Below, one piece after another: positions 43,987 through 55,233 of a stretch of 64,000 nt of DNA (positions within the stretch are counted from its first letter, which is position 1; the number at the start of each line of letters is the position of its first letter). The notes below the pieces were generated by a model. The model had not been told where the DNA came from, did no database searches, and saw nothing but the letters and a program-made list of their open reading frames with translations. Source of the DNA: Escherichia coli (lineage in GTDB: Bacteria > Pseudomonadota > Gammaproteobacteria > Enterobacterales > Enterobacteriaceae); assembly GCF_024700885.2 (NCBI RefSeq), contig NZ_CP117016.1; one strand, given 5' to 3'. The position numbers and the translations under genes are program-made.

Positions 43987-44071
43987 GTTGGAGTCATTAC
44001 CTCCTCCCGAACTCAAAGCTATCATACAGATAATTACTGGTTAACCCTATATAGGGCATTTTAAAGTGTTG

Positions 44072-44400
44072 TGATCTTACCCAGCAATAGTGGACACGCG
44101 GCTAAGTGAGTAAACTCTCAGTCAGAGGTGACTCACAAGACAAAACAGTTTCAACCAGTAAAAAAACGTAAACACCATTCGCATGAATTTCGTAGTTAAG
44201 ATCTGAAGCTTGCAGAATGCATCGGTGTTACTGCCGGAGTCCGTGAACTTAGTCTGCATGAATCACCACAGCTTTACATCTGTCGCAGTAAACAGCAAAA
44301 TCAGCAAACTTACTTAATTATATCGAGTGCGATTACAATCGCTGGCGATGGTACAGTTGGTGTGGCGGTCTCAGTCCGGAACAATTTGAAAATCAGAATC
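44072..44400 (+). mobile_element. IS3 internal-deletion relic (left IR, 5' of orfA, fused to the 3' end region)
   Basis: TGATCTTACCCAGCAATAGTGGACACGCGGCTAAGTGAG... followed by degenerate orfA 5' sequence and then orfB 3' sequence. Confidence 0.55.
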
Positions 44401-44710
44401 TCACTTAAAACGGCATCCATTTTACAAAAGATGGCCGTCTGTGTATTTATAATGAATACCTTCTACATGTTTAGAGTGCATAATCCACGACAAGGCGATA
44501 TCCTAAAAATTAGCTAGCAGGCAACTTTGATGGCATAGATAATGTTTTTAGTAAAAAAGAGTTGACTTAATATAATACAGCCTCTTCCTACATAAGAAGG
44601 AATGTGCTCACAAAAAAAAACATTAGTCTGCTTCCTGTTCTTACAATAATCAGTATTATGTATTTTATTTATATAGCAAAATATGCTTGTTACACCTGTC
44701 ATAATTAGGC

Positions 44711-45004
44711 ATGGTAAAATTATTGACTGAACCCTGGGGGAGAAAGATGCACAGTGATTATTATAATATGGTTTTTGGTGAAAAATTGGCCAATATTTTA
44801 TATGAAGCTAACTCTCAATTTTTTTACGAGAGAAATGTCATAGAAGAGGCAGTCAACGCTTTATTCTGTGAGCGTGAAATAATAAACAACAAGAACATAA
44901 TAAAGAAGCTGATGTTCTTTTTGTCAGATGTTAATCACACCAAGAAAGATGTTGTTCAGAGCGCACTTAATATTATCATTGACATTACATCAGGTGATAT
45001 TTGA
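44711..45004 (+). CDS. Hypothetical small protein (97 aa), AT-rich
   Basis: ORF only; no recognisable motif; weak support. Confidence 0.25.
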   Translation: MVKLLTEPWGRKMHSDYYNMVFGEKLANILYEANSQFFYERNVIEEAVNALFCEREIINNKNIIKKLMFFLSDVNHTKKDVVQSALNIIIDITSGDI

Positions 45005-45261
45005 GATTTTACATAAAAGATAATCTCTCAAGGAGTCTTATCTGAAAACGAAATATATAGTCCCTCTCGTTTTGTAATATCGATTGGCTTTGTTGAATCG
45101 GTTACGTACCCCGGAGCCGGTCATATTTTCAGGTAATACACACGCTTTCAGACATTTCGGCTTTCGTCATTTTGGTATCATGGGCATAGCTTCTGCTACC
45201 TGACCATCATAATCACGCAGCTTCAGTGAAGCAGTGACCACCTGTTTAACCCGGTGTATCG

Positions 45262-45486
45262 TTATGATCTTATCCAGCAATAATGGACACGCGGCTAAGT
45301 GAACCGCCCCGGGTTTCCTGGAGAGTGTTTTATCTGTGAACTCAGGCTGCCAGATCATCGTTTCCGATGGAAGCATAATAAGCTTTTTCTGCTTCTGCCG
45401 GTGGGATATGGCCCTGCCTTTCCAGCAATCGTCGATTGTTATACCAGTCCACCCACGTGAGTGTGGTCAGCTCATCATACTGACAC
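45262..45486 (-). mobile_element. IS3-family (IS629-like) 3' fragment abutting a second IS3 left-IR copy
   Basis: Minus-strand frame encodes ...WVDWYNNRRLLERQGHIPPAEAEKAYYASIGNDDLAA; end sequence TGAACCGCCCCGGGTTTCCTGGAGAG. Confidence 0.5.
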
Positions 45487-45754
45487 GTGCATTACCCCTA
45501 CCGCGATAATGCAACCGTACAATATAGGGCGTTTCCTAAACGCAGCCCTCATCACTCCAATCCAACAAGACACAGCATTTTTGATCACGAAGAAAGACAA
45601 ATAATTTCCGTAAATGTTTCCGTTGTTACAAATAACAACAGTGTTTTACATTTCTTTGGCCTCAGGCCCGCGCATGTTGCCATTCGATGTCATTTTCCTG
45701 ACTCGTTTCTTCTTTATGGTGTAGTGTGATCTTCACTTTATGGATGCTAACAAT

Positions 45755-47113
45755 ATGAAAAGAAAAATTATTCCCGTGCTAATCGGTTGTACGCTCTCTT
45801 TCTCTGCCCTGGCGGCACAACCTACGGCTGAGCGCTATGTCGTCAGTTTTCCAGAAGGCACGCACGTGAACTACGCCGGCGCATTTGCCAGTGCATTCCC
45901 GAACGGCCTTCCGGTTGGGATAGGTTCTGGCCTGCTGTTCACCGGTAAACAGGGCGATGCCCTGACATTCGCAACCATTACCGATCGCGGTCCGAACGCG
46001 GATTCACCGAAAGAGGGGAAAAACGAAACTAAAATTTTCGTTACGCCAGATTTCGCGCCGCTGCTGATGACGATTCGTGTACAAAACGGCAAAGCGGAGG
46101 CCATCGATCCCCGTCCTCTGCATGACGATAAAGGCGCGATCAACGGTCTGCCGCTGGCAAGCGACGTGATTGGCTCCACCAATGAAGTGGCCTTCAGCGA
46201 CACGTTACATAGACTGAAGGGGGATAATCGCGGGCTGGATACGGAAGGGATCACTCCGGATGGTAAAGGAGGTTACTGGCTGTGCGATGAGTATGGCCCG
46301 TTCCTGATTAACATCGACAGTAAAGGGAAAATCCTGGCAATCCACGGTCCGCAGGCGGCGGAAGAGGAAAAAGCGATTGCGGGCGGTTTGCCAAATATCC
46401 TCAAATGGCGTCAGGCGAACCGCGGCTTTGAAGGCCTCACCCGTATGCCGGACGGGCGTATTATTGTCGCCGTGCAAAGTACGCTGGATATCGACGCTAA
46501 GAGCAAGAAAAAGGCGCTGTTTACGCGTCTGGTGAGCTTCGATCCGGCAAGCGGAAAAACCGCGATGTACGGTTATCCCATCGACAGCGCGGCCTACAGC
46601 AAAAACAGCGACGCTAAAATCGGAGACATCGTGGCGCTCGATAACCAGCACATCCTGCTGATCGAACAGGGAAGAGATAAAAACAACAGAATGCGTAACC
46701 TGATTTACGAGGTCGATCTCAATAAGGCGAGCGACCTGTCAGGCTTCGACAAGCCGGGTGAGTATCCGGAGTTTGATGATGAGAAAACCCTGTCACAGCG
46801 CGGCATTACCCTTGCGCAGAAAACGCAGGTTGTTGATCTGCGCTCCTTGGGCTGGCAGCAGGAGAAGGCTGAAGGGTTGGCGCTGATCGACAGCAAAACG
46901 CTGGCGGTGGCGAACGATAACGACTTTGGCGTGAAGGTGGCGATGCAACATCCGGTCGAGGGCAAGACATTCAAGGATTATCGGGTGAACGCGGAAGGAA
47001 AGCTGACGCTTGACGACAAGCAGGTTGAAACGACCCTCAGAGTGAAGCCACTGGAGAAACCGGAGTCTGACAGTGAACTGTGGATTGTGACGCTGCCGGA
47101 AGCGTTGAAATAA
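45755..47113 (+). CDS. Secreted phytase-like esterase family protein (signal peptide)
   Basis: N-terminal signal sequence MKRKIIPVLIGCTLSFSALAA; family call is tentative. Confidence 0.55.
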   Translation: MKRKIIPVLIGCTLSFSALAAQPTAERYVVSFPEGTHVNYAGAFASAFPNGLPVGIGSGLLFTGKQGDALTFATITDRGPNADSPKEGKNETKIFVTPDFAPLLMTIRVQNGKAEAIDPRPLHDDKGAINGLPLASDVIGSTNEVAFSDTLHRLKGDNRGLDTEGITPDGKGGYWLCDEYGPFLINIDSKGKILAIHGPQAAEEEKAIAGGLPNILKWRQANRGFEGLTRMPDGRIIVAVQSTLDIDAKSKKKALFTRLVSFDPASGKTAMYGYPIDSAAYSKNSDAKIGDIVALDNQHILLIEQGRDKNNRMRNLIYEVDLNKASDLSGFDKPGEYPEFDDEKTLSQRGITLAQKTQVVDLRSLGWQQEKAEGLALIDSKTLAVANDNDFGVKVAMQHPVEGKTFKDYRVNAEGKLTLDDKQVETTLRVKPLEKPESDSELWIVTLPEALK

Positions 47114-47314
47114 GTTTATAAGGTACGGACAGCAGTATCGCTTAGTTTTTCAAATTCATGTATGTGAACAATATTGGGGTTCCGGCGTAGACCCCCAATG
47201 AAAGCGTCACCACGTGAAAACATGCCTGCACGGTTTACACGTCATCCCATGGTGGCAGCCGGTTAACTTTCCTGCGCCACCAGTGGAAAAAGGCCATAAG
47301 CAGTCCGAACAAAA

Positions 47315-49602
47315 GTAAGCGTACAGCGAGGGCCGTATTGACGGGGATGTGTTATTCAGCTGGCAGTGCTATGCGCCACGGAAGCAGTTCGCTGACCCGG
47401 TTGACCGGCCAGTCTGCTATGACGCCAGGCACATGGCGAAGGTAGCTTTCTGGATCCACGTCATTCAGTTTGCACGTCCCGATCAGGCTGTACAGTAGCG
47501 CTCCCCGCTCACCACCATGGCCAGAGCCGAAGAACAGGGTCTTCATCTTTTCACGCAACCAGCTTTCCAGGGATTTCAACAGCGGTTTCGTTTTTCGCTG
47601 ACGTTCAGCAAGCCGCTGCTCTGCCGGCATTCCCCTTATATCCGCCTCTATGGCGTACAACTGACCGATCTGCTCCAGGGCTTCTTCCGTCAGTGCTGAC
47701 GGGATGCGGACGTGCACATCGTGGATCTTTCGGCGGGCATGAGCCCAGCAGGCAGCTTCCGTTATCCCACCATTGCGATACAGCTCGTTGAACCCGGCGT
47801 ACGCATCCGCTTGCAGCACACCGCTGAAGCAAGCAAGATGAGTCTGCGGATGGATGCCTTTTCTGTCCGGGCTGTAAGCGAACCTCACTGCAGGTGCCAA
47901 CGCTGACCCGGCATTGCGGTCATCACGAACATACGCCCACAACCGCCCGGTCTTCGTCTTCTTATTACCCGGCAGCAGTACCTGGACCGGGGTATCATCG
48001 GCATGGAGTTTGCCGTCAGTCATGACATAGCCATGAAGCGCCTCTTCCAGCGGAGACAGCAGCCGGCAGCATGCATCCACCCAGCCCGACAGCAGTGAAC
48101 GGCTCAGCTCCACACCTTGCCGGCCGTATATTTCTGACTGGCAATACAGCGGGGTGTGCTCTGCATACTTCGAGGTCAGCACGCGGGCCAGCAGCCCCGG
48201 TCCGGCGATACCCCGCTCGATGGGCCGCGAAGGTGCAGGTGCCTGCACGATGGCATCGCACTGAGTACAGGCATGTTTTTCCCGTACCGTCCGGATAACC
48301 CGGAAGGCGCTACGCATCAACTCCAGCTGTTCGGCGGTATCCTCGCCCAGATAGCTCAGTGAACCGCCGCAGTTCGGGCAGCACGGCGCCGCAGGCAACA
48401 GTCGCTTTTCGTCACGGGGTAGTGATTCAGGGAACGGCTTACGGGTGCGGGTCTGACGCAACGGACGCTGTACTGCCGGGTCATACACCCTACCAGTCAG
48501 CGTATCGCTCTCTTTCTGAAGCCGGTTCAGATCGGCTTCCATTTGTGCGATACGGCGGGAGACTTTTTCGGAACGACTGCCGAAGTTCATCCGGCGGAGT
48601 TTATCCAGCTGCGCCTGCAGATGTCTATTTCGCGCTCCCGGTTGCTCAGCTTTTCCTGCAGGGCGTGGATCAGCGCTTCCTGTTCGGCCAGGCGCTGTTT
48701 CAGCAGGAAGATGTCGTCAGAAGAGATTTCGTTCATAAGCCCGTATTTTACCGGGCTTATTCTGTGACAACCAGGATAAAGAGATTTACAGCATGGTCAG
48801 GGAGGTCAGCAGCCGCTTGGGCTGTCGCCAGTCGATACCTTCCAGCAGCATCGCCAGCTGCGCCTGCGTAAGGAACACTTTGCCATCACGGGCTGACGGC
48901 CAGGCGAAGCGCCCACGCTCCAGCCGTTTGGTCAGGAGGCACAGTCCGTCACCGGTGGACCACAGCAGTTTAACCTGACTGCCGCTGCGGCCCCGGAAAA
49001 TGAAAACATGGCCGGACATGGGATCGTCTTTCAGCGCCGTCTGTACTTTCGCAGCCAGGCCGTTGAAGCCATTTCTCATATCGGTGATACCGGCAACCAG
49101 CCAAATTTTGGTCCCGGAAGGTAACGGGATCATCGCTTCAGTTCCTGTATCAGCAGAGTCAGGAGCTTTTCGCTGACATTGCCATTGAAGCGGAGCGTCC
49201 CGTGCCGGAACGTTACCTCACAGCTGATACTGAGGGTTTCCGGGTCCTCTGCGAGCGATTCTGGCTGTTCGGCAGCTGCATCGGGAGTCACAGGAAGTAG
49301 CTGGGGGCTCTCTGAAGAAGGTAATAGCAGCTTTCCCTCGCGCCATTGTTGTCGCCATTTGAACAACAGATTGGCGTTAATGCCATTTTCAAGAGCAAGT
49401 TTTGAGATGGATATCCCGGGTTCACAGGAGGCAGCAACGAGCTGCTGTTTAAATTCGGGAGGATAATTAGGGCAGCCTTTTCACCTGCCGGGAGTCACAT
49501 TTTTCTGCATATCTGACACTTTGGTTCCCACTACTTATTTGGTGGACACCACTTTGTCTAATTCGTCAGATTCTGACCAGACGGTTCAGGCTGTACGCTT
49601 AC
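47315..49602 (-). mobile_element. IS66-family element, degenerate (tnpC frameshifted with an internal deletion)
   Basis: Ends GTAAGCGTAC... and ...GTACGCTTAC; orfA 49130-49366, orfB 48786-49133, tnpC pieces 47352-48590 and ~48600-48760. Confidence 0.75.
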
Positions 49603-49708
49603 CACTATTTTATCCCTGTTGAATTTGGTTAAGCCGGTGCAGACGCGCCGGGAAACGCACACCTGAACCGGCACAATAAAATACAATACAACCCCCTGTT
49701 ACTGGAGA
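49603..49708 (+). repeat. Second copy of the 106-bp repeat, directly abutting the IS66 end
   Basis: Identical to 35432-35537. Confidence 0.8.
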
Positions 49709-49864
49709 TACGAATGGAATGACGAGGCAGCCTGTCAGTCACAGGGGGCTGTTGGCATAAAATCAACGGAAAGGCCACCAACACCGGAATTAAGCTCCAC
49801 AGTCCCCGCACTGGCAATCCATTCCCGGGAAAGGCATCACCGCAAACTGCTCCGGAGGCAACCA

Positions 49865-50299
49865 TTACAGCCTCTGTAACGGATTATCAGCCCTGGCATC
49901 TTCCGACGGCACCTCCTGCCGCCCCCACGCCCTGCTGTATACCCCGGTACCGCAGCGTGGGCAGCACTTTTCCCCCTCATAATCTTCGTCACACATCACA
50001 CAAAACCACTTTCTCACCTTCACCGTATAATCCGGAACCGTCATGCCCTGCAGATGCAAACGACGGGCCTCTTTCTCCGCCGGGTCAAGCCAGGTACATC
50101 GCAGCAGGATTTTTTCAGCGACAGTCATCTGGTCATGTTCAAACCACGGTGGTTGTCCGTCATTGCCCCGCTGAAGTGTTAACGGGCATCCACAGGACAC
50201 ACAGCACAAAACGTCCTGTCGGTTGTGCTTCGCAGCTTCTTTCGCCGTAACAAAATGGCCTTTGCTGTCATTCGCCATATAACAGTTCAGAATTCGCAT
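49865..50299 (-). CDS. Zinc-ribbon hypothetical protein (paralog 1)
   Basis: CxxC pairs (CCVSCGC, CVMCDEDYEGEKCCPRCG); start set at MRILNCYM. Confidence 0.5.
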   Translation of the reverse strand: MRILNCYMANDSKGHFVTAKEAAKHNRQDVLCCVSCGCPLTLQRGNDGQPPWFEHDQMTVAEKILLRCTWLDPAEKEARRLHLQGMTVPDYTVKVRKWFCVMCDEDYEGEKCCPRCGTGVYSRAWGRQEVPSEDARADNPLQRL

Positions 50300-50694
50300 A
50301 TTTCCTCCTGAGTTGTCCGGGGAATACTGAATCCTCCGGTCTGGCAGTGTGTGCAGTACTGCTCCCCATAATAATCGTGGTGACATTGTCTGCAGTGCCA
50401 GCTGGCTTTACGCACCACGGGTAAGGCATCCGATACGAATTGCTGCAGACGTTTAATCAACTGTATTTCTCTGCGCTCCGGCCTGACATAAGGGCACTGT
50501 TGACCGTGCTCTGTCAGCCTGTCGTCAGTGTGTTCAAACCAGGGAAGTTCAGTGTCGTATTGCGGATGGTATCTGAGTGCACTGCCACACAAGTGGCAGG
50601 TGTAGTTAGCATAAGGTGCGTCCTGTGCAGTACGGGCGCCCGTCAGACGTCCGTTGCCATCAAGAGCGATAAAGGATTTTGCGTACATAGTCAT
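50287..50694 (-). CDS. Zinc-ribbon hypothetical protein (paralog 2)
   Basis: CxxC pairs (CHLCGS, CRQCHHDYYGEQYCTHC); shares the WFEH motif with paralog 1. Confidence 0.55.
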   Translation of the reverse strand: MTMYAKSFIALDGNGRLTGARTAQDAPYANYTCHLCGSALRYHPQYDTELPWFEHTDDRLTEHGQQCPYVRPERREIQLIKRLQQFVSDALPVVRKASWHCRQCHHDYYGEQYCTHCQTGGFSIPRTTQEEICEF

Positions 50695-50947
50695 ATTCCT
50701 TAGCCGCCAGACGACACGCAGGCAACAGCCGTCCCGGTACGGGCAGCGTGGTCAGGGTGTGAATGGCGGTTCAGTTAAAATCTGGACTGGAGTTTGGGTA
50801 AAGCAGGCTGGTTGCTGTTACAGCACTGTGGTTGTCACACAATGGAACACTGACGTAAAAAACAGTCAGTGGGCGAGTGGATACATCGTTGCCGCCAGAC
50901 AACAACCCATACTTTTGGTTTGCCGGATATTGGCGCGCCAGTCGTGC

Positions 50948-51517
50948 TCAACTCCGGCTACAGCCAAAATTGCGCTCACCGGTGCAGTGAGCTTTGGTAT
51001 GCTCTTTCGCCAGATAGTCAGCACGTTCCAGCACTTGCTGAAAGCCGGTGTCATCATTACGCGCCAGCCACACCGCCGGCCAGGCCGGAAAATGCACCAG
51101 CGTGGCATGGCACCCGACATCCACTCCCAGGGCACTGCACCACGCCTGTTTAATCATCCCGGCCAGAGACTCCGGAGCGCGGTAATCACCGGCACGACAC
51201 CAGGTATCCCGGTTGACCAGCAGCATCAGGTGATAGTGTTTTTTACCTTTGAACTCCCCAAACTCCCGGGCCCAGACGTAATGCAGGGGGGTGGGATGCA
51301 CGCGTTTACCTTTCCGATGCTTACGTTTCTGGTAAGCGTCGATTCGGGCTTTCAGGGCATTGATGAAGCGGGATATCACAGCTGCGTCCGTTGCTGCCGG
51401 TACATCCGGGAGACGCAGGTCAACCCGCAATGCCGTCAGGCGGGGATGAACATTCAGTGCGTGCCGCACCGTCTCACGAATACGTTGCTGCCAGAAGGGG
51501 TTGTATTTGTAGGTCAT
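50948..51517 (-). CDS. YagK/YfjJ-family (inovirus Gp2-like) protein
   Basis: Start set at MTYKYNPFWQQRIRETV; prophage-remnant family. Confidence 0.6.
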   Translation of the reverse strand: MTYKYNPFWQQRIRETVRHALNVHPRLTALRVDLRLPDVPAATDAAVISRFINALKARIDAYQKRKHRKGKRVHPTPLHYVWAREFGEFKGKKHYHLMLLVNRDTWCRAGDYRAPESLAGMIKQAWCSALGVDVGCHATLVHFPAWPAVWLARNDDTGFQQVLERADYLAKEHTKAHCTGERNFGCSRS

Positions 51518-51712
51518 GGTTAAATCTCCGTATGGTTCATACGGAATAGCCACGTCGTAAAAAATGCGCAGAGTCCCTGAAGTGACCTCCGGCAGGACAC
51601 TGTCTCAGGCACTCTGTGATAACCCGAACGGTCGTCTCCGGACTGACGGTTGAATTTTCAGCGTCGTTTTTTAATGTAAAAAACCGGTTACGGGTAAGGC
51701 TGTGAGGAGGGA

Positions 51713-51916
51713 GTGATGGTGATACGCAAAAAGAAGTGCAGGGATTGTGGAAACGCGATTACTCATAATACAGTGTGTTGCCCGTATTGTGGTTCTGTCG
51801 ACCCCTTCGGCTACTACCGGAATACAGACCGTATCGTTACCATACTGCTGGCGCTGATTATTGTGGTCCTGCTGACTACTGTCAGCGTCAGTGTGTGTAT
51901 ACTGTGTAGCTGGTGA
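51713..51916 (+). CDS. Small zinc-ribbon plus TM protein (67 aa), hypothetical
   Basis: CRDCGN...CCPYCGS followed by a hydrophobic tail. Confidence 0.3.
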   Translation: MMVIRKKKCRDCGNAITHNTVCCPYCGSVDPFGYYRNTDRIVTILLALIIVVLLTTVSVSVCILCSW

Positions 51917-53144
51917 GATAACGGTTCATGTATCCCCTGAGCTGACAGTGTACCGTGTATATTAAGCGTAACCGACAGGTTCTCCTTCATACCATATTAA
52001 ATTTTCCAGGGATTGCCGCTGCCTTATTTCGTCTCATACAGGAAAACTCATCTGGGTTTCTGACAAATACGCGAAACTCACAGCCCCTCAATATCAACCA
52101 CACGTTGTAAGCCGGTAATACCTGAAAATCAGCCTATTACCGCCCACGCCTCCGGCACCATTCCCTTTTGATTTCGAATTCTTTGTTGTCGCTATACCGC
52201 TTAATGTTCCCGGTCCTCCGGTGCAGATAACACCGGAGTCATCGTAGCGCTGCTTCAATATTCAGGTGACATATTTCCAGACGGAAGCCGGCGCGCGATC
52301 GTAAAGTTTGTTCATTGTCAGTTCTGCCAGCCGGTTGTCAACGGCAGAGTTAAAGGCTTCCAGCTCCGCAAGGGTAAGTTTATAACGCGTGTGGGAATTC
52401 ACTTTTCCCGCGTCTCCTGACGTATTACGGGCTGCCACTTACCTGGTGTCCCGCAATACAGCCTTAGTGTTCCGTTATCGGGGATCCGGACGCACCGCAA
52501 CAACCGGGGAAGTATTTCTGGTTTAGAGCATTGTCAAGAGGGATTTCTCAGCCCCTCACTCACCGCTCAGTCTCAGGGCAGGAGCATTAATACGCTCAGT
52601 TCATGTCTTATACAGGAATGGGCACAGGGGGAGCTGGCGTGTCACTGCTGATTTTACGCATCAGCGTTCATGTATCTGCACTCTGATACATGAACGATTC
52701 ACAGCGCTCTGTTACCGGAGAGATTTACTCTCTTAGCTTACTCTGGCAAATCCTTTACGTTACTCTCTGATGACTTCTTATATTTATAATACCAATCAGA
52801 CAGCCTTATCCCATCGGTGATATCAGTCTCCTCCTCGCCAGGAACGGGCTGACTCACTGTAACCACCTCCGAAAACAACTCTGCAATTATCAGAACGCCT
52901 GCTTCTCTCCCTGTCCTCACGAAAACTATCCCCTCTTTATCGCGCGTGCGTGCGGAAGCATCTTTTCGCAACAACCACCCGGTATACCGGTACGGCTCAG
53001 CCACCGCAACCTCCCCGTTTATCTCCTGGCGGTCACATTCCCGATTATTTTTTACGTTTCTCCCCGGTTGTTATGCCGGTGAAGGTGGCGCGCTGTTTTC
53101 ATGACCACACCGGCTGGTTTAACAACATCCGGAGGAACATTCTC

Positions 53145-53351
53145 ATGGCTACCCCAGTTTCACTGATGGATGACCAGATGGTCGACATGGCATTTATCAC
53201 TCAACTGAACGGCCTGACAGATAAGTGGTTTTACAGGCTCATCAGGGATGGGGCCTTTCCGGCTCCCATCAAGCTGGGCCGCAGCTCCCGCTGGCTGAAA
53301 AGTGAAGTGGAAGCCTGGCTACAGGCGCGTATTGCACAGCCCCGCCCGTAA
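53145..53351 (+). CDS. alpA: AlpA-family phage transcriptional regulator
   Basis: AFITQLNGLTDKWFYRLIRDGAFPAPIKLGRSSRWLKSEVEAWL; SD ggagga. Confidence 0.75.
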   Translation: MATPVSLMDDQMVDMAFITQLNGLTDKWFYRLIRDGAFPAPIKLGRSSRWLKSEVEAWLQARIAQPRP

Positions 53352-53445
53352 TTTCTGACCGTTATCCGTTCACCCGCAGCAGACGTAATCCCCGGCCTGC
53401 CGGCGGCATTCTGCTGCCTGTTATATCCCCGTGAGGAATATGAAA

Positions 53446-54048
53446 ATGAAACAACAGTATCAGACCCGCTACGAATGGCTCCACGAAAGCTACCAGAAAT
53501 GGCTGACCGGCTTCACCCGGCACGCCGTATCCTGGGGCGTGTGTCATCCGAATATCTACTACTTCCATAATCTGACGCCCGGTTGGGTGTCATTCAATGG
53601 TGAAAAACCGGAGATTGCCATCGTACCCCAGAGCCTGCACCGGCTGATTTATGGCCCTGACAAACGGGCCACGCCGCCCCTGGATGATGATCTGATTGTG
53701 AATTTATGCACCAGTGAACATCTGCTGGTTCATCATCCGATGCTGGAAGGCATTCTCCTGTCTGAATGTGAACGTCTGAGGCAGCGTTCTCTGGCAAATA
53801 AACTGATCAGCCTCTTCCGTCAGTTTGGTGGCACGGAGTTGCGCCTCAAACTGGTCTGGCTTTGCTGGCTTGATTTAATGACCGGAAACAGCCTTGAAGA
53901 CTGGAAAGAGAACCTGAAACGGAAATCAGAAAAAGAGCTGGAGGAATGGATCATCAACCGTCAGAGGCAGAGCGCAGCACTGACGGATCTGATGGATCAG
54001 TACGTGCTCCTGGCATACCGCACAACGGTTGACGATAGCCGCAACTGA
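53446..54048 (+). CDS. Hypothetical protein (~200 aa)
   Basis: ORF after alpA; start ambiguous (53431, 53440 or 53446). Confidence 0.45.
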   Translation: MKQQYQTRYEWLHESYQKWLTGFTRHAVSWGVCHPNIYYFHNLTPGWVSFNGEKPEIAIVPQSLHRLIYGPDKRATPPLDDDLIVNLCTSEHLLVHHPMLEGILLSECERLRQRSLANKLISLFRQFGGTELRLKLVWLCWLDLMTGNSLEDWKENLKRKSEKELEEWIINRQRQSAALTDLMDQYVLLAYRTTVDDSRN

Positions 54049-55233
54049 TGCCGGTTGCTTCCGGAAGGTGTGACAAAATACGGAAATGATGATGCTCCCG
54101 GCCCCGCATGCTCACCTGCAGAGCGTGTTCGTCGTCATCATACTGAGCCATGACGGGCGTCTTAAGGGCATCCTGTCATTGCTGAGCAGGCAACACCACC
54201 AGAGGAGCCACGGACAGGGATGTTCTTTACAGCCCGATACACGCCAGGTTCTCAGCAGACTGAATGTGCAGGTGCGGTTATTCACCAGAAATGGCATGCT
54301 GCGGTACATACCCATCCTGGTGACAATATGTACGTGGCGACAGCGATCCCGGCACTGTGGAAGAGACTCACTCAGCCTGCAGGATATTCTTTCCGGCATC
54401 CGGGAATGTCCGCCTGAATGCAAACAGGATGATATTTGAATCCGTAATACTGTTCTTTCATCATAAATAATTTATGCAGATACAGTTAACCGTTACAGTA
54501 GCCGGTTTGTTTTACCGGGAAATAATATCCGTCAGACTGATGCCGGAACATATCTGAAACACGTTATGATGTTTTGTTATCAGAAATGTTGTATATTCTT
54601 ATCCGTGGCGACAGTTTAATGCCCTCTGGTATCACCTTGGATTTGCCCCTATATTTACGGGACACGCCTCTTTTCATTGTGCTCCTTTTCAGACTTCATT
54701 TTCCGTAAGTGTTCCCCGGCATAAAGGAGGTACCTTTCTGGCGTTTATAACTCTCTTTATCGGTGACGCCGGTAATACAGGGAATACCACACCGACAAAC
54801 GAGGTATTAACAGACGATATTTCAGTGTCCATAATTTTTCTGTCCGGTTAAATAACGTCAGTCTGCTGCCCTCTGACTGTAATCATCAAAGCCGGAATGC
54901 ATACCGGGTTACAACGTAAAAAAAGTGATGCTGGCCCCCGGTGCAGCTGGCGGGCGAAACATGTTTACCTTTCAATACCCCCTGTCTGCAGTCTCCACTC
55001 TTCCATCCTCTTAAGCTACGTCGGCCACATGAGTGCACTTCCATGATAACAGGTATTCCTGTCAGCATAACGAAGCCGGTTACCTTCCCTTCCTCCTGCA
55101 TTTCCTGTCAGAATGACTGTACAGCGCGCAGATTGCCTTTTTATTGACCACCTTAATATACCATTATAAACTTCTTTTTATCATGTTATTATCACCTTAT
55201 TATGTTTAATTTTTAAGCAACCGGAGAAAGAGG

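Larger units (their letters stand above)
43234..44001 (+). mobile_element. IS1 (768 bp)
   Basis: Terminal IRs GGTAATGCTGCCAACTTACTGAT... and ...CAGTAAGTTGGAGTCATTACC; insA and insB present. Confidence 0.85.
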
